Notes: generated from the letters alone by a model not told the origin. A DNA stretch of 63,823 bases, filler included, from Octopus bimaculoides (GCF_001194135.2; 9 parts of 8 records of this genome joined end to end with filler, not necessarily neighbours in it), one strand, 5' to 3'; shown: positions 51,195 through 63,786, counted from the first letter of the whole stretch. Numbers and translations are program-made.

Positions 51195-53408
51195 ACGTAC
51201 GTTCGTACGTTTGTTCCTACTTACGTTCTTTCGTTAGTTCTTACCTGCGAACGTACGTTCAGTCATTCGTACGTACGTACGTATATATGTACGTTCGTTT
51301 GTACTTACATTCGTACGTTCGTTCTTTCATTCGTTCGTACATACGTACGTACGTTCGTTCGATCGTTCATACGTACGTAAGTAATTTCCTTCGTTCGCAC
51401 GTACGTTATTTCATCATTTTCTTCCTGCGTACGTACGTTCGTTCCTTCAATCGTTCGTACGTACGTACGTAAATATTATGTTCGTATATATGTACGTTCG
51501 TATATATGTACGCCCGTTCATACTTACGTAATTACATTCGTTCTTTCGTACGTACTTACGTTCGTTCGGTCGTTCATAGTACGTTCGTTCGTTCGTACGT
51601 TCGTTCGTTCGTACGTTCGTTCGTTCGTACGTTCGTTCGTACGTTCGTTCGATCGTAATTACGTGCGTTCTTTCATTATTTCCTGCCTACGTAATACGTA
51701 CGTACGTTCGTTCGTTCGTTCGTACTTACGTACGAACGTTAGTTCAATTCTTCGTTCTGACGTACGTACGTTCTTTCGTTATTTCCTGCCTACGTAATAC
51801 GTACGTTCGTTCTTTCATTCGTTCGTACATACGAACGTACGTTCGTTCGATCGTTCATACGTACGTACGTACGTACGTTCGTTAATTCGTTCATACGTAC
51901 GTTGGTTCGTTCGTACGTTGGTTCGTTTGTACGTACGTTCTTTTGTTATTTCCTGCTTACGTAATACGTACGTACGTTAGTACAATTCTTCGTTCGTACG
52001 TACGTACGTTCTTTCGTTATTTCCTGCCTACGTAATACGTACGTACGTTCGTTCTTTCATTCGTTCGTACATACGAACGTACGTGCGGTCGATCGTTCAT
52101 ACGTACGTACGTACGTAAGTTCGTTCGTACGTACGTACGTTCGTTAATTCGTTCATACGTACGTTCGTTCGTTGGTACGTTCGTTCGTTTGTACGTACGT
52201 TCTTTCGTTAATTCCTGCCTACGTAATACGTACGTACGTAGATCTTTCATTAATTCCTGCCTACGTTCTTTCATTCGTTCGTACATACGTACGTACGTTC
52301 GTTCGATCGTTCATACGTACGTACGNNNNNNNNNNNNNNNNNNNNNNNNNNNNNNNNNNNNNNNNNNNNNNNNNNNNNNNNNNNNNNNNNNNNNNNNNNN
52401 NNNNNNNNNNNNNNNNNNNNNNNNNNNNNNNNNNNNNNNNNNNNNNNNNNNNNNNNNNNNNNNNNNNNNNNNNNNNNNNNNNNNNNNNNNNNNNNNNNNN
52501 NNNNNNNNNNNNNNNNNNNNNNNNNNNNNNNNNNNNNNNNNNNNNNNNNNNNNNNNNNNNNNNNNNNNNNNNNNNNNNNNNNNNNNNNNNNNNNNNNNNN
52601 NNNNNNNNNNNNNNNNNNNNNNNNNNNNNNNNNNNNNNNNNNNNNNNNNNNNNNNNNNNNNNNNNNNNNNNNNNNNNNNNNNNNNNNNNNNNNNNNNNNN
52701 NNNNNNNNNNNNNNNNNNNNNNNNNNNNNNNNNNNNNNNNNNNNNNNNNNNNNNNNNNNNNNNNNNNNNNNNNNNNNNNNNNNNNNNNNNNNNNNNNNNN
52801 NNNNNNNNNNNNNNNNNNNNNNNNNNNNNNNNNNNNNNNNNNNNNNNNNNNNNNNNNNNNNNNNNNNNNNNNNNNNNNNNNNNNNNNNNNNNNNNNNNNN
52901 NNNNNNNNNNNNNNNNNNNNNNNNNNNNNNNNNNNNNNNNNNNNNNNNNNNNNNNNNNNNNNNNNNNNNNNNNNNNNNNNNNNNNNNNNNNNNNNNNNNN
53001 NNNNNNNNNNNNNNNNNNNNNNNNNNNNNNNNNNNNNNNNNNNNNNNNCGTAACTACGTTCGTTCGTAACTACGTTCGTTCGTAACTACGTTCGTTCGTA
53101 CGTACGTTTGTACGTTCGTACGTATGTTCGTTCGTTCGTTCTTTTGTTAATTCTTGCCTACGTACGTACTTACGTTCTTTCGTTATTTCTTACCTGCGTA
53201 CGTATGTTCATTCGTTCAGTCGTTCGTACGTACGTATGTATATATGTACGTTCGTTTGTACTTACGTTCGTACGTCCGTTCTTTCATTCGATCGTACATA
53301 CGTACGTACGTTCGTTCAATCGTTCATACGTACGTAAGTAAGTTCCTTCCTGCGTACCTACGTTATTTCGTCATTTCCTTCCTGCGTACGTACGTTCGTT
53401 CCTTCAAT
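51195..53408. repeat. CpG-rich satellite of ACGT/TTCG tetramers with a longer recurring unit; fills the whole scaffold piece
   Basis: Almost entirely TACG/TTCG, with TTCTTTC(G/A)TTATTTCCTGCCTACGTAATACG or close variants near 51668, 51771, 51939, 52009 and 52200. Confidence 0.92.
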
Positions 53409-53663
53409 NNNNNNNNNNNNNNNNNNNNNNNNNNNNNNNNNNNNNNNNNNNNTTAATTAATTAANNNNNNNNNNNNNNNNNNNNNNNNNNNNNNNNNNNN
53501 NNNNNNNNATATATATATATATAATATATGTTTGCATATATATATCTACATACGTATATATACATTTATATATACATATATATGTATGTATATACATATA
53601 TCTAACATGCACACTTGAACTGAACAACTCATCACAAACACGTATACACACGCATTATACGTT

Positions 53664-53696
<33 letters not shown>

Positions 53697-54653
53697 GTGT
53701 AAATATGTATGTATGTGTGTATGTGTTGATATACGTGAGTATACATACAGTGATATAGAGATGCATATATATTTTACGTATATATATATATATATATATA
53801 TATATATNNNNNNNNNNNNNNNNNNNNNNNNNNNNNNNNNNNNNNNNNNNNNNNNNNNNNNNNNNNNNNNNNNNNNNNNNNNNNNNNNNNNNNNNNNNNN
53901 NNNNNNNNNNNNNNNNNNNNNNNNNNNNNNNNNNNNNNNNNNNNNNNNNNNNNNNNNNNNNNNNNNNNNNNNNNNNNNNNNNNNNNNNNNNNNNNNNNNN
54001 NNNNNNNNNNNNNNNNNNNNNNNNNNNNNNNNNNNNNNNNNNNNNNNNNNNNNNNNNNNNNNNNNNNNNNNNNNNNNNNNNNNNNNNNNNNNNNNNNNNN
54101 NNNNNNNNNNNNNNNNNNNNNNNNNNNNNNNNNNNNNNNNNNNNNNNNNNNNNNNNNNNNNNNNNNNNNNNNNNNNNNNNNNNNNNNNNNNNNNNNNNNN
54201 NNNNNNNNNNNNNNNNNNNNNNNNNNNNNNNNNNNNNNNNNNNNNNNNNNNNNNNNNNNNNNNNNNNNNNNNNNNNNNNNNNNNNNNNNNNNNNNNNNNN
54301 NNNNNNNNNNNNNNNNNNNNNNNNNNNNNNNNNNNNNNNNNNNNNNNNNNNNNNNNNNNNNNNNNNNNNNNNNNNNNNNNNNNNNNNNNNNNNNNNNNNN
54401 NNNNNNNNNNNNNNNNNNNNNNNNNNNNNNNNNNNNNNNNNNNNNNNNNNNNNNNNNNNNNNNNNNNNNNNNNNNNNNNNNNNNNNNNNNNNNNNNNNNN
54501 NNNNNNNNNNNNNNNNNNNNNNNNNNNNNNNNNNNNNNNNNNNNNNNNNNNNNNNNNNNNNNNNNNNNNNNNNNNNNNNNNNNNNNNNNNNNNNNCACAG
54601 ACACACACAAACACTCACGTACACACAGACATATATATACATATATATCCGAC

Positions 54654-54686
<33 letters not shown>

Positions 54687-54912
54687 TATACTAATACAGA
54701 CATGTGCATGTATGTATATACATATATACACAAAGACACAAACACACACATGGACACGCACACACATCCACACACACACACATCCATTTCTTCATACGGA
54801 ATTACATACATACACTAGAACATGTACAGATACAGCCATAAACATGTGCACATACACATATATACATACATATATATCCTATATATATATGTGTTTATAT
54901 ATATATATATAC

Positions 54913-54970
<58 letters not shown>

Positions 54971-55614
54971 ATATGTATATACTTACACAAACATATACGC
55001 ACATGTATGTATATATATAGATATATACACAAACACATATAGACACAGACACAAATACACACACACAAGCACATACACTCACATACACTCATATACACGC
55101 TCATACATAGGTGTACGCAAATTCATATGCATCTACTAACGCATGTACACATACACATACACACGCACACATATATATATATTTATACATGTGTATATGT
55201 ATACATATATATGCACACACAAGTACACAAACACTAGCGCATACGCATTTATTATATATAAATGTGCGTGTGTGTGTGTTTGTATGTATATAATGCATGT
55301 GTGTATATATATATGTGTTTGTGTTAGTGTGTGTGTGTGTGTCATTTTGTATGTGTGTATACACACAGGTAGAGAGAGGGAGAGAGACTGGTAGCGGTTA
55401 TATAACATGTTTATACATAAATATAGGCTCAGGCGTGGCTGTGTGGTAAGAAGCTTGCTTCCTAACCACATGCTTCCGGGTTCAGTCCCACTGCGTGGCA
55501 CCTTGGGCAAATGTCTTTTACTGTAGCCTTGGGCCGACCGAAGTCTTGAGAGTGGATTTTGGATTTTGTTAGAAATGGAAACTGAAACAATATACGTATA
55601 CAAATGTATAAAGA

Positions 55615-55657
<43 letters not shown>

Positions 55658-55890
55658 NNNNNNNNNNNNNNNNNNNNNNNNNNNNNNNNNNNNNNNNNNN
55701 NNNNNNNNNNNNNNNNNNNNNNNNNNNNNNNNNNNNNNNNNNNNNNNNNNNNNNNNNNNNNNNNNNNNNNNNNNNNNNNNNNNNNNNNNNNNNNNNNNNN
55801 NNNNNNNNNNNTGTATGTATATATGTATGTATGTATGTATGTATATATATAGAGAGAGAGAGATACACACACACACATATATATATATAC

Positions 55891-55922
<32 letters not shown>

Positions 55923-56511
55923 GTGTGACATTGTGTCTGTGTTCGTTCCCCACCATCGCTTGACAACCGATGTTGGTGTGTCTGCGTTCCTCTAACAATG
56001 CGGTTCGTCCAAAGAATCCTTGGCCTGAGAGTGGCAGATCATCTAACCATTCGCTAAATGCTCCTCCAAAAGCGCCGTTTAGGAGTTGCTAGTAAGTTTG
56101 ACACCTTTTGGGCCTCGGTTGTATACCCAAGACATTTTGCATATTCCATTTGCAAATTATGAATTTTACGATTAGTACGTAACTCCAAAGTTTCCTGAAA
56201 CAGCTGTAGAGTTAAAAGATTATGTATTCTCTTTTTAATATCCTGTATCATTTATGCTCTATGTAAATGTACCTGTACATATACACACACGTGTGTGTGT
56301 ATGTGTGTGTGTGTGTGTGTGTGCATGTGTGTGTGTCTGTGTTTCTGTGTGTCTGTATCTGTCTGTCTATCTGTGTGTGCGCGTGTTTATCTTTCAGAAT
56401 ATATGTAGATATATGTGTGTGTTTGTGCATGTGTGTGTGTGAAGCGAAATTTTGTTCATCTGCATCACTACCCCCTCCTCTTTCTCTTTCTCTCCCTCTC
56501 ACTATATATAC

Positions 56512-56551
<40 letters not shown>

Positions 56552-56651
56552 NNNNNNNNNNNNNNNNNNNNNNNNNNNNNNNNNNNNNNNNNNNNTTAAT
56601 TAATTAANNNNNNNNNNNNNNNNNNNNNNNNNNNNNNNNNNNNNNNNNNNN

Positions 56652-57305
56652 GGCAGTGCTACCGGGGGTCGCTACCGGTTTGAGATAAATCTTACAGGCA
56701 CGGATGTGCTGTCAGACGGACTTGTTCGAGGTGCGCGCAGAGTGACGAAACCATTCTGCACGCCTTTCCCTGGTGTCTGTGGCGAAAGAGGTTCTTTGGT
56801 GGACAAGGCTGAAAGGCATGAGGACAGATACATTCCTCTTTGGTTAGCGCTCTCATTGACTTCTTCAAGCTTCACTTGAAAAGGAAATTGAGAGTGGAGA
56901 GGCAAGTGCTGTCCTCGAGTGAGTTTATTGAAAGGCGGATGAAAGTTGCGAAAATGGCAAGAGTGGATGGTACCTCTCTAAGTGTAGACCTATGAGTCGG
57001 TGAGAAGGAATTGGAGAGGGCACTTACATCTGGGTTTTCAGGGAAATCTTGGACAGTGGGGGTTCCTCGATTATCCCTAGAGGCCTTCCTGCATCAGGAG
57101 AGCCACATCTCTACCATCCTCCTCGCCACTTTTTTTTTACCTTTGCATGCTATGCATATGTCCCTTCTTTTTCAGTGTATACCGTGTGTACTTACCTTCT
57201 TTCATTTTTTTTTTATCATTTCATTATTATTCGTAAACCCCCACACTTAATGTCTGTCTTTGTATTTTTCCCCTCATCTTTTGCCCTTGAGGCAAATAAA
57301 TGAAA
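56652..57305 (+). mobile_element. Tx1/L1-like LINE 3' end (zinc-knuckle zf-RVT region, C-terminus, 3' UTR)
   Basis: WQCYRGSLPV*DKSYRHGCAVRRTCSRCAQSDETILHAF has the CxxC..ET..H motif. After frameshifts: VAKEVLWWTRLKG and LIDFFKLHLKRKLRVER...EFIERR. Ends near AATAAA before (ATT)n. Confidence 0.8.
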
Positions 57306-57326
57306 TCATCCTCATCAATCTCATTG

Positions 57327-57327
<1 letters not shown>

Positions 57328-57366
<39 letters not shown>

Positions 57367-57394
57367 CATTATTATTATTATTATCATTATTATT

Positions 57395-57440
<46 letters not shown>
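57328..57440. repeat. (ATT)n microsatellite, representative of the very many (AT)n, (GT)n, (GA)n, (TACA)n, (TAGA)n, (ACT)n, (GAT)n tracts throughout
   Basis: Direct inspection. Such tracts border nearly every internal N gap and produce most of the listed ORFs. Confidence 0.95.
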
Positions 57441-57442
<2 letters not shown>

Positions 57443-57579
57443 GGATACTTGAAAAGAAAGGATAGCATGGTACCGTAGGCTGCAGACAGCAAGCCTGATA
57501 GGCATGCAAGACTTCAGAAATTCCAACAAAATCTGTGATAGAATTGAATAATAGCAATAATAAAAATAATAATAAAAAC

Positions 57580-57617
<38 letters not shown>

Positions 57618-57917
57618 TAATGATAATAATAGTCATATGTTGAGAGGAATTCTTTGGGGGTTTGGATAATTTACCTCTTATTTCTTTATTGCCCACAAGG
57701 GGCTAAACATAGAGGGGACAAACAAGGACAGACAAATAGGTTAAGTCGATTAATCGACCCCAGTGCGTAACTGGTACTTAATTTATCGACCCCGAAAGGA
57801 TGAAAGGCCAAGTCGACCTCGGCGGGATTTGAACTCAGAACGTAAAGACAGACGAAATGCCGCTAAGCATTTCGTCCGGCGTGCTAACCATTCTGTCAGC
57901 ACGCCTCTATTATCACC

Positions 57918-58332
57918 TCTATTAATTGACAAGAGCATATCCTCTGGTCATAGTATCTCGGCCCAAAAATTTGATAAGTTAAGGAAATATAAAGATTTGC
58001 TAATCGAAATTGAAAAGATGTGGCATCTCAAGACAGTTACAATACCAGTGATTGTAGGAACACTTGGGACTATCAAAAAAGGAACTGAAGATTATTTAAG
58101 AATGATCCCTTGAAGTGCAAAAGATTGTCTTAACTGGTTGCTGGTCACACATATTGAGAAGAACATTGTCCCCGTGAATATTCTTGTCTTTTTGTCCCTT
58201 TTATTTGTTTACTTTTTTATTTTTATTTTTTTCTCTCTTTCTTCCCCTTTTTCTATATCCCATGGTGTGTTTATTTTAATGGCCTACCAAGGTATACAGT
58301 AGACTTCTTTGTTCTAGGTGTCAGGAAGACAC
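57918..58332 (+). mobile_element. 5'-truncated R4/Dong-like LINE (second family), RLE C-terminus and 3' UTR
   Basis: LLIDKSISSGHSISAQKFDKLRKYKDLLIEIEKMWHLKTVTIPVIVGTLGTIKKG fits the KYxDLxxEIxxMWxxKTxxxPVIxGxLG RLE signature. Confidence 0.85.
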
Positions 58333-58645
58333 NNNNNNNNNNNNNNNNNNNNNNNNNNNNNNNNNNNNNNNNNNNNTTAATTAATTAANNNNNNNNNNNN
58401 NNNNNNNNNNNNNNNNNNNNNNNNNNNNNNNNAAGAAAGAGAGAACAGTACTTGGAGTGTAGTTTCATTCCAGTTGTAAGTATCCGTGTAAAGTAATCCT
58501 TGTGGGTATAATCCGGAAATAGTTGCTGCAGCAAAGGCTGAGATAGCAGAGGTGAATATATGCCATATTGTGTCCGAGGTATTTTGCTTGTGATCACTTG
58601 AAGGATGGCCAGGTCAAGTGAGAAGAGTGTCTAGGGTAAGTAGGT

Positions 58646-58723
58646 CAGGTCTTGAAGACAGGTCTTGAAGACAGGTCTTGAAGACAGGTCTTGAAGACAG
58701 GTCTTGAAGACAGGTCTTGAAGA
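58646..58723. repeat. Perfect 13-bp tandem (CAGGTCTTGAAGA)x6
   Basis: Six exact copies; in the tandem phase each period contains the interrupted palindrome GTCTT-G-AAGAC. Confidence 0.95.
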
Positions 58724-59042
58724 CAGAGTGGGAAGGGGATAGAGGAAAGATTCAGGTGTAGAATGGTAGTGGTATATTTTTATGGTCAGTTGATCTGACT
58801 GGATAGAGAGGATGCGTATAGTGAGGGAATGAGGGAGGGGGGATGAGGTTAAATGGTTTAGTGAGGAGGAAGGAATGCGCAGAGGTAGTATAAAGGTGGT
58901 GGGGGTATGGGTGACAAACCAAGAACAGTAATAAAGGGAGAGAGGATTGGGATAGGTAGTTGGTAGTATCATATTTAAAAGATAGCGAAACCTATTTATA
59001 GACGGTAGAATTTAAAGTAACCAAGTAGCCTTTACTATTTCT

Positions 59043-59091
59043 GTCTCCGATGAAGGGAAGTACTGGATCTTCCCAGAAACAGCTGTAAGAC
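59043..59091 (+). ncRNA. Hammerhead-ribozyme-like motif (minimal type I, PLE-type)
   Basis: GTCT-CCGATGA-A-GGGAAG(tactggat)CTTCCC-A-GAAAC-AGCT-GTA-AGAC: stem I 4 bp, stem II 6 bp, palindromic stem III (ACAGCTGT), GUA cleavage triplet; U4C core variant. Confidence 0.6.
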
Positions 59092-59915
59092 TCTATCCAT
59101 AAAATATATTTCCAACCTTACCATTGCTCTCTTTATCCTTTTATATATTTACATATACACACGCTAATACACGACTTATAATCCCCAATCCTGTTCATAC
59201 AACGACTGGGGCAAAACTAGTCGGTATTCAGCACTTACTCGGTATTACCTGTATCCTTTTGGGTTTGGTTAAATCTAATACCCTCCTCAACCTTATANNN
59301 NNNNNNNNNNNNNNNNNNNNNNNNNNNNNNNNNNNNNNNNNNNNNNNNNNNNNNNNNNNNNNNNNNNNNNNNNNNNNNNNNNNNNNNNNNNNNNNNNNNN
59401 NNNNNNNNNNNNNNNNNNNNNNNNNNNNNNNNNNNNNNNNNNNNNNNNNNNNNNNNNNNNNNNNNNNNNNNNNNNNNNNNNNNNNNNNNNNNNNNNNNNN
59501 NNNNNNNNNNNNNNNNNNNNNNNNNNNNNNNNNNNNNNNNNNNNNNNNNNNNNNNNNNNNNNNNNNNNNNNNNNNNNNNNNNNNNNNNNNNNNNNNNNNN
59601 NNNNNNNNNNNNNNNNNNNNNNNNNNNNNNNNNNNNNNNNNNNNNNNNNNNNNNNNNNNNNNNNNNNNNNNNNNNNNNNNNNNNNNNNNNNNNNNNNNNN
59701 NNNNNNNNNNNNNNNNNNNNNNNNNNNNNNNNNNNNNNNNNNNNNNNNNNNNNNNNNNNNNNNNNNNNNNNNNNNNNNNNNNNNNNNNNNNNNNNNNNNN
59801 NNNNNNNNNNNNNNNNNNNNNNNNNNNNNNNNNNNNNNNNNNNNNNNNNNNNNNNNNNNNNNNNNNNNNNNNNNNNNNNNNNNNNNNNNNNNNNNNNNNN
59901 NNNNNNNNNNNNNNN

Positions 59916-59948
<33 letters not shown>

Positions 59949-60571
59949 ACACAAATACACACACATACATACACACATGTACACACATGCGTGTGCTTGA
60001 TTGTGTATGTGTATGTATGTGTGCATATATGTGTATGTGTGTGTGTGCGTGTTGTGTATGTGTTTATATATATGCTTACAAATACATGCATATATTCTCG
60101 TTGTTAAGTATCCAGCATTGGTGCCGTCAAAACTAGTTTCAAGTGTTTCGTGTTACGACTTGTCAATGTGCAGTACCACAGTACTTGTAAAGATAATCGC
60201 TGTAATCCCTAGTGACACAAACATCCGATAAATATACGCTTAAAGAGTGGAGAAAAAAAAGAAAAGAAACTAGTAAAAAGAAGGAAGGTAAAGAAAAGTT
60301 GAAAAGAAATATTTCTACCAGAAATATGAATAAAAAGTTATATATGCAGAACAAAGTAATCGACCATTTAATAGAAAGATAACAAATTCCAATACCTCTC
60401 TGCTCGCTCGACCGATTCATCCATCCGTCCATCCAATTCATCTAAATGTAGCGACACCTACAAGTCATTTATATGCACGTACTGGTTGCTAGAAATGTGT
60501 TTAATATGTAGGATTAGTATATCCAACAGCACTACTCTGTTATATTTAGTGGCTATTTAAACAATAAGTTC

Positions 60572-60649
60572 GTAGATAGTTAATGGGTTGGATGCTACTG
60601 ATGAAGGAGCAGAAGATCCTGAAATATGTCATATACACCCATTATCTAC
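60572..60649 (+). ncRNA. Hammerhead-ribozyme-like motif, slightly decayed
   Basis: CTGATGA (60598-60604), AGGA/TCCT stem II, GAAA-TAT-GTC (one change from palindromic GAAACATGTC). Distal stem I: GTAGATA..AATGGGT / ACCCATTATCTAC. Confidence 0.5.
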
Positions 60650-61213
60650 TTTTTCCATCTTCTATCGCATTGTTGTTTACATTAGGCGTAGTCGGATACA
60701 AAATATAACAAATCTGTATATATATTTAATTTTTTTTTACTTGCCTCAGCAATTAGACAGCTGTCATGCTGTGACACCGCCTTGAAAAATTTTAGTCGAA
60801 CGAATCGACTTTTTCGCTTATAAATCTGGTACTTAGCCCATCGGTCTCTTTGGCCGAGGTGCTAAGTTACGGAGACATATACAGACCAACACCGGTTGTT
60901 AAGCGGTAGTGGAGGACAAACATGGATACAAAGAAACACACACACGACCCCTCCCTGCAAACACATGTGCGTATATATATATCGAACCGTTTTAGCGATG
61001 CGTCCTGCCCAAGCTCGTCGAAACGCCGGTGTTAAAACGTGGGTGGCTGATGAAGGAGATGTTCTCTATGTGGCTCGTGTGTTCTCGTCTACGTTTGTTT
61101 GCAATGTCCTGTACCCAGATATGCACCTATACATACAAGTGGATGTCGGTATGCACATACCTGTACGTATATATGCATATACTCATTTACTATTTATATA
61201 TATATATATATAT

Positions 61214-61266
<53 letters not shown>

Positions 61267-62077
61267 CNNNNNNNNNNNNNNNNNNNNNNNNNNNNNNNNN
61301 NNNNNNNNNNNTTAATTAATTAANNNNNNNNNNNNNNNNNNNNNNNNNNNNNNNNNNNNNNNNNNNNAGCAAAGTTGCTCGAATATTGTGCTTTCAGTTC
61401 CATTTCAGATGATTGTAACGAAGGTGGAAAAATATTAATGTTAATTTATTGATGCATTTGGGCAAGTCTATGTCTGTATTATGAGACAATTGTAAAAAAA
61501 TGTTTAAAATAAATTCAAAATTCTGCAAACATCCATTACAAATTCTTCATGATTCAAAACTTTGTTTACTTTTCACTCAACCTGATATACATGCACACAC
61601 ACACACACACACACATTATATATTTTGTTTAACACTATCAATTTTGCCATCCACTAAAGAACAAATTAAATATGAATGTTTTTATTCAAGATCCAATATA
61701 AAATGTTAAACTTGATGCCTGTCTAAATATCAACATAATAACTTTCAAGTTAGAAGGATTTGAAAGAACTTAGGTGCCTTTAAGCAGAGAACAATTTTTG
61801 AGCACGCAGTTAGATTATTTAGGCATTAATAAGCTACAACAGTAAAGTTTTGAGTCAAGTTAATCTTTTGATTTAACATCTCACTTACATGCCCTAGACT
61901 GTTTCCTGTTCTATTTATAGAAATGTAGCATAATCCAATCAGTGGACATCTGGTACTGAGATTCTTTTCTTATCAGGATTAAGCATTCACACAGAGAGCC
62001 TACATTGAACACAAAGTAGTTTCGAGTCATCTGTTCAACGTGCGGTAAATTTTACTATATATATATGTATGTATGTA

Positions 62078-62112
<35 letters not shown>

Positions 62113-62771
62113 TTTTTCTTCATCATATTATCAATGATTCTATATGAGTTTCTCCAATGCTACCATCGTTGAAATTCTGTGTTCCTAAAGCTTTTACCAT
62201 TTGGCAGTATAAAATTCTGTTTACTGTGTCAGTTATACTTAGTTGTAAGATTTGTTTTATTGTTTCTTTTGTGTTTTATTTGTTGTGGTTCTTTGTATAG
62301 TTTTCTTTTCCTTTTTTTCACATACCAAATGTGTACTGTGTTGCTTGGTTGGGCGGTTTTTGTTATTATACCAGCCATGTGGTTTGGTATTACATTTGTT
62401 AGTATTGAACAGTGACTATGAAAACTATCAGCTTTCTGGGTTGTCTTATATTAAGTGTGACAACATAGAAAGTGAGTAGCATGTGTTCTTGATGTTATAG
62501 TATCAGCTATCAGCTATCAGCTATCAGCTATATAGCAGCAAGTGCTGTGTTAATTTATTGAGTGATGATTGGGTAAAGTACGGGTCCGGTTATATTGCTC
62601 AGTGGCCATTCCAAAGTGTATATATTATACAAGTTGTGTTGTTTCATTGGGTGGCTACATGCAAAGACTGANNNNNNNNNNNNNNNNNNNNNNNNNNNNN
62701 NNNNNNNNNNNNNNNTTAATTAATTAANNNNNNNNNNNNNNNNNNNNNNNNNNNNNNNNNNNNNNNNNNNN

Positions 62772-62840
<69 letters not shown>

Positions 62841-63786
62841 TATTTAATATGATGAAAGGATGAAAGTCGAAATGAAAGGTCAAATCATCCAATTTTGCAT
62901 TTATTGAATTCACCAAGGAGAAAAACCGGTAACCCAATCACGTTGCTACAGCAACCGTTACGATTTCTACGATTAAACTTTAGATGTGAGATCAGTGGAA
63001 TCAGGTAATCGGTGAATTAATATAAGTAGAAGAAATAATCCGCGAGCCTGTATGTACACTGAAGTTAATTCTGAGGCGGAATATGATTAGCATGAAATCT
63101 GATCAGGTTGAACTGAATAGCTGTCACACAGAGAGTATATCCTGAATTTTACTTGCAGTTGTACGGTTGAGCAGAAGGGATGTAAAAGGCACTGTGTTCA
63201 AAATTATACATAGGAAGACCAGACTTCGCAGTGACATCTTGAAATTCCACGATGCCTTGCACCCTAAAGACTGTTTGTGTGTGTGTGTGTATGTATATAT
63301 AATTGAAAAAATTGTAATCAACAAGCTGGGGTACGGTTGGACATTAATTTTTTAAATCCTTATGATTGTTTCCACGCAACGTAGTTCTCCAAGAGTGTGC
63401 ATGTGTCCTAGCATTGAAACTTAAACGTCACCTACGGAAAATCGCTTGTGTAACCAACCATGAAGAACAAATCACCAGTACAAAGAAATAAAGCGCCAAT
63501 CCCTTTAAAGCAGCTTTAAACCCCCATCCCACTACATGTGCACATTCAAAGCAGTTTGCCAACAGCCATTCAAAAACGACACACCATGATAAGCTCAGTG
63601 ACTACTACTAAATTCAGCACGCCGGGCGAAATGCTTACCGGCATTTCGTTTGGCCTTACCTTCTGAGTTCAAATTCCACCGAGGCCGACTTAGCCTTTCA
63701 ACCTTTCGGGGTCGATAAGTTAAGTACCATTTACGCACTGGGGGCGATGTAACCGGCTCCCTTCCTCACAATTTCAGGCTTTTTAC

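Larger units (their letters stand above)
58433..59110 (-). mobile_element. Probable 5' portion of a Penelope-like element with purine/pyrimidine-skewed leader and an inverted hammerhead-bearing terminal segment
   Basis: Minus-strand YLSLCCSNYFRIIP plus a frameshifted QGLL resembles the PLE N-terminal FLxRCxxxxIIPKGLxL motif. Hammerhead-like motif on the + strand at 59043-59091. Confidence 0.45.

Noticed and set aside
61007-61075. GAAAC...GTT...CTGATGA as a type II hammerhead
   Set aside because: Stem I cannot form and the stem II arms do not pair; at most these are fragments of a PLE-derived repeat.
62530-62671. GPVLYPII as an RT motif remnant (-)
   Set aside because: A single weak motif with no supporting neighbours.
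63140-63275. Candidate exon (+: ttttacttgcag|..VRLSRRDVKGTVFKIIHRKTRLRSDILKFHDALHPKD; or -: FRVQGIVEFQDVTAKSGLPMYNFEHSAFYIPSAQPYNC)
   Set aside because: Each orientation has only one convincing splice site and no recognisable homology; it needs BLASTX or RNA-seq.
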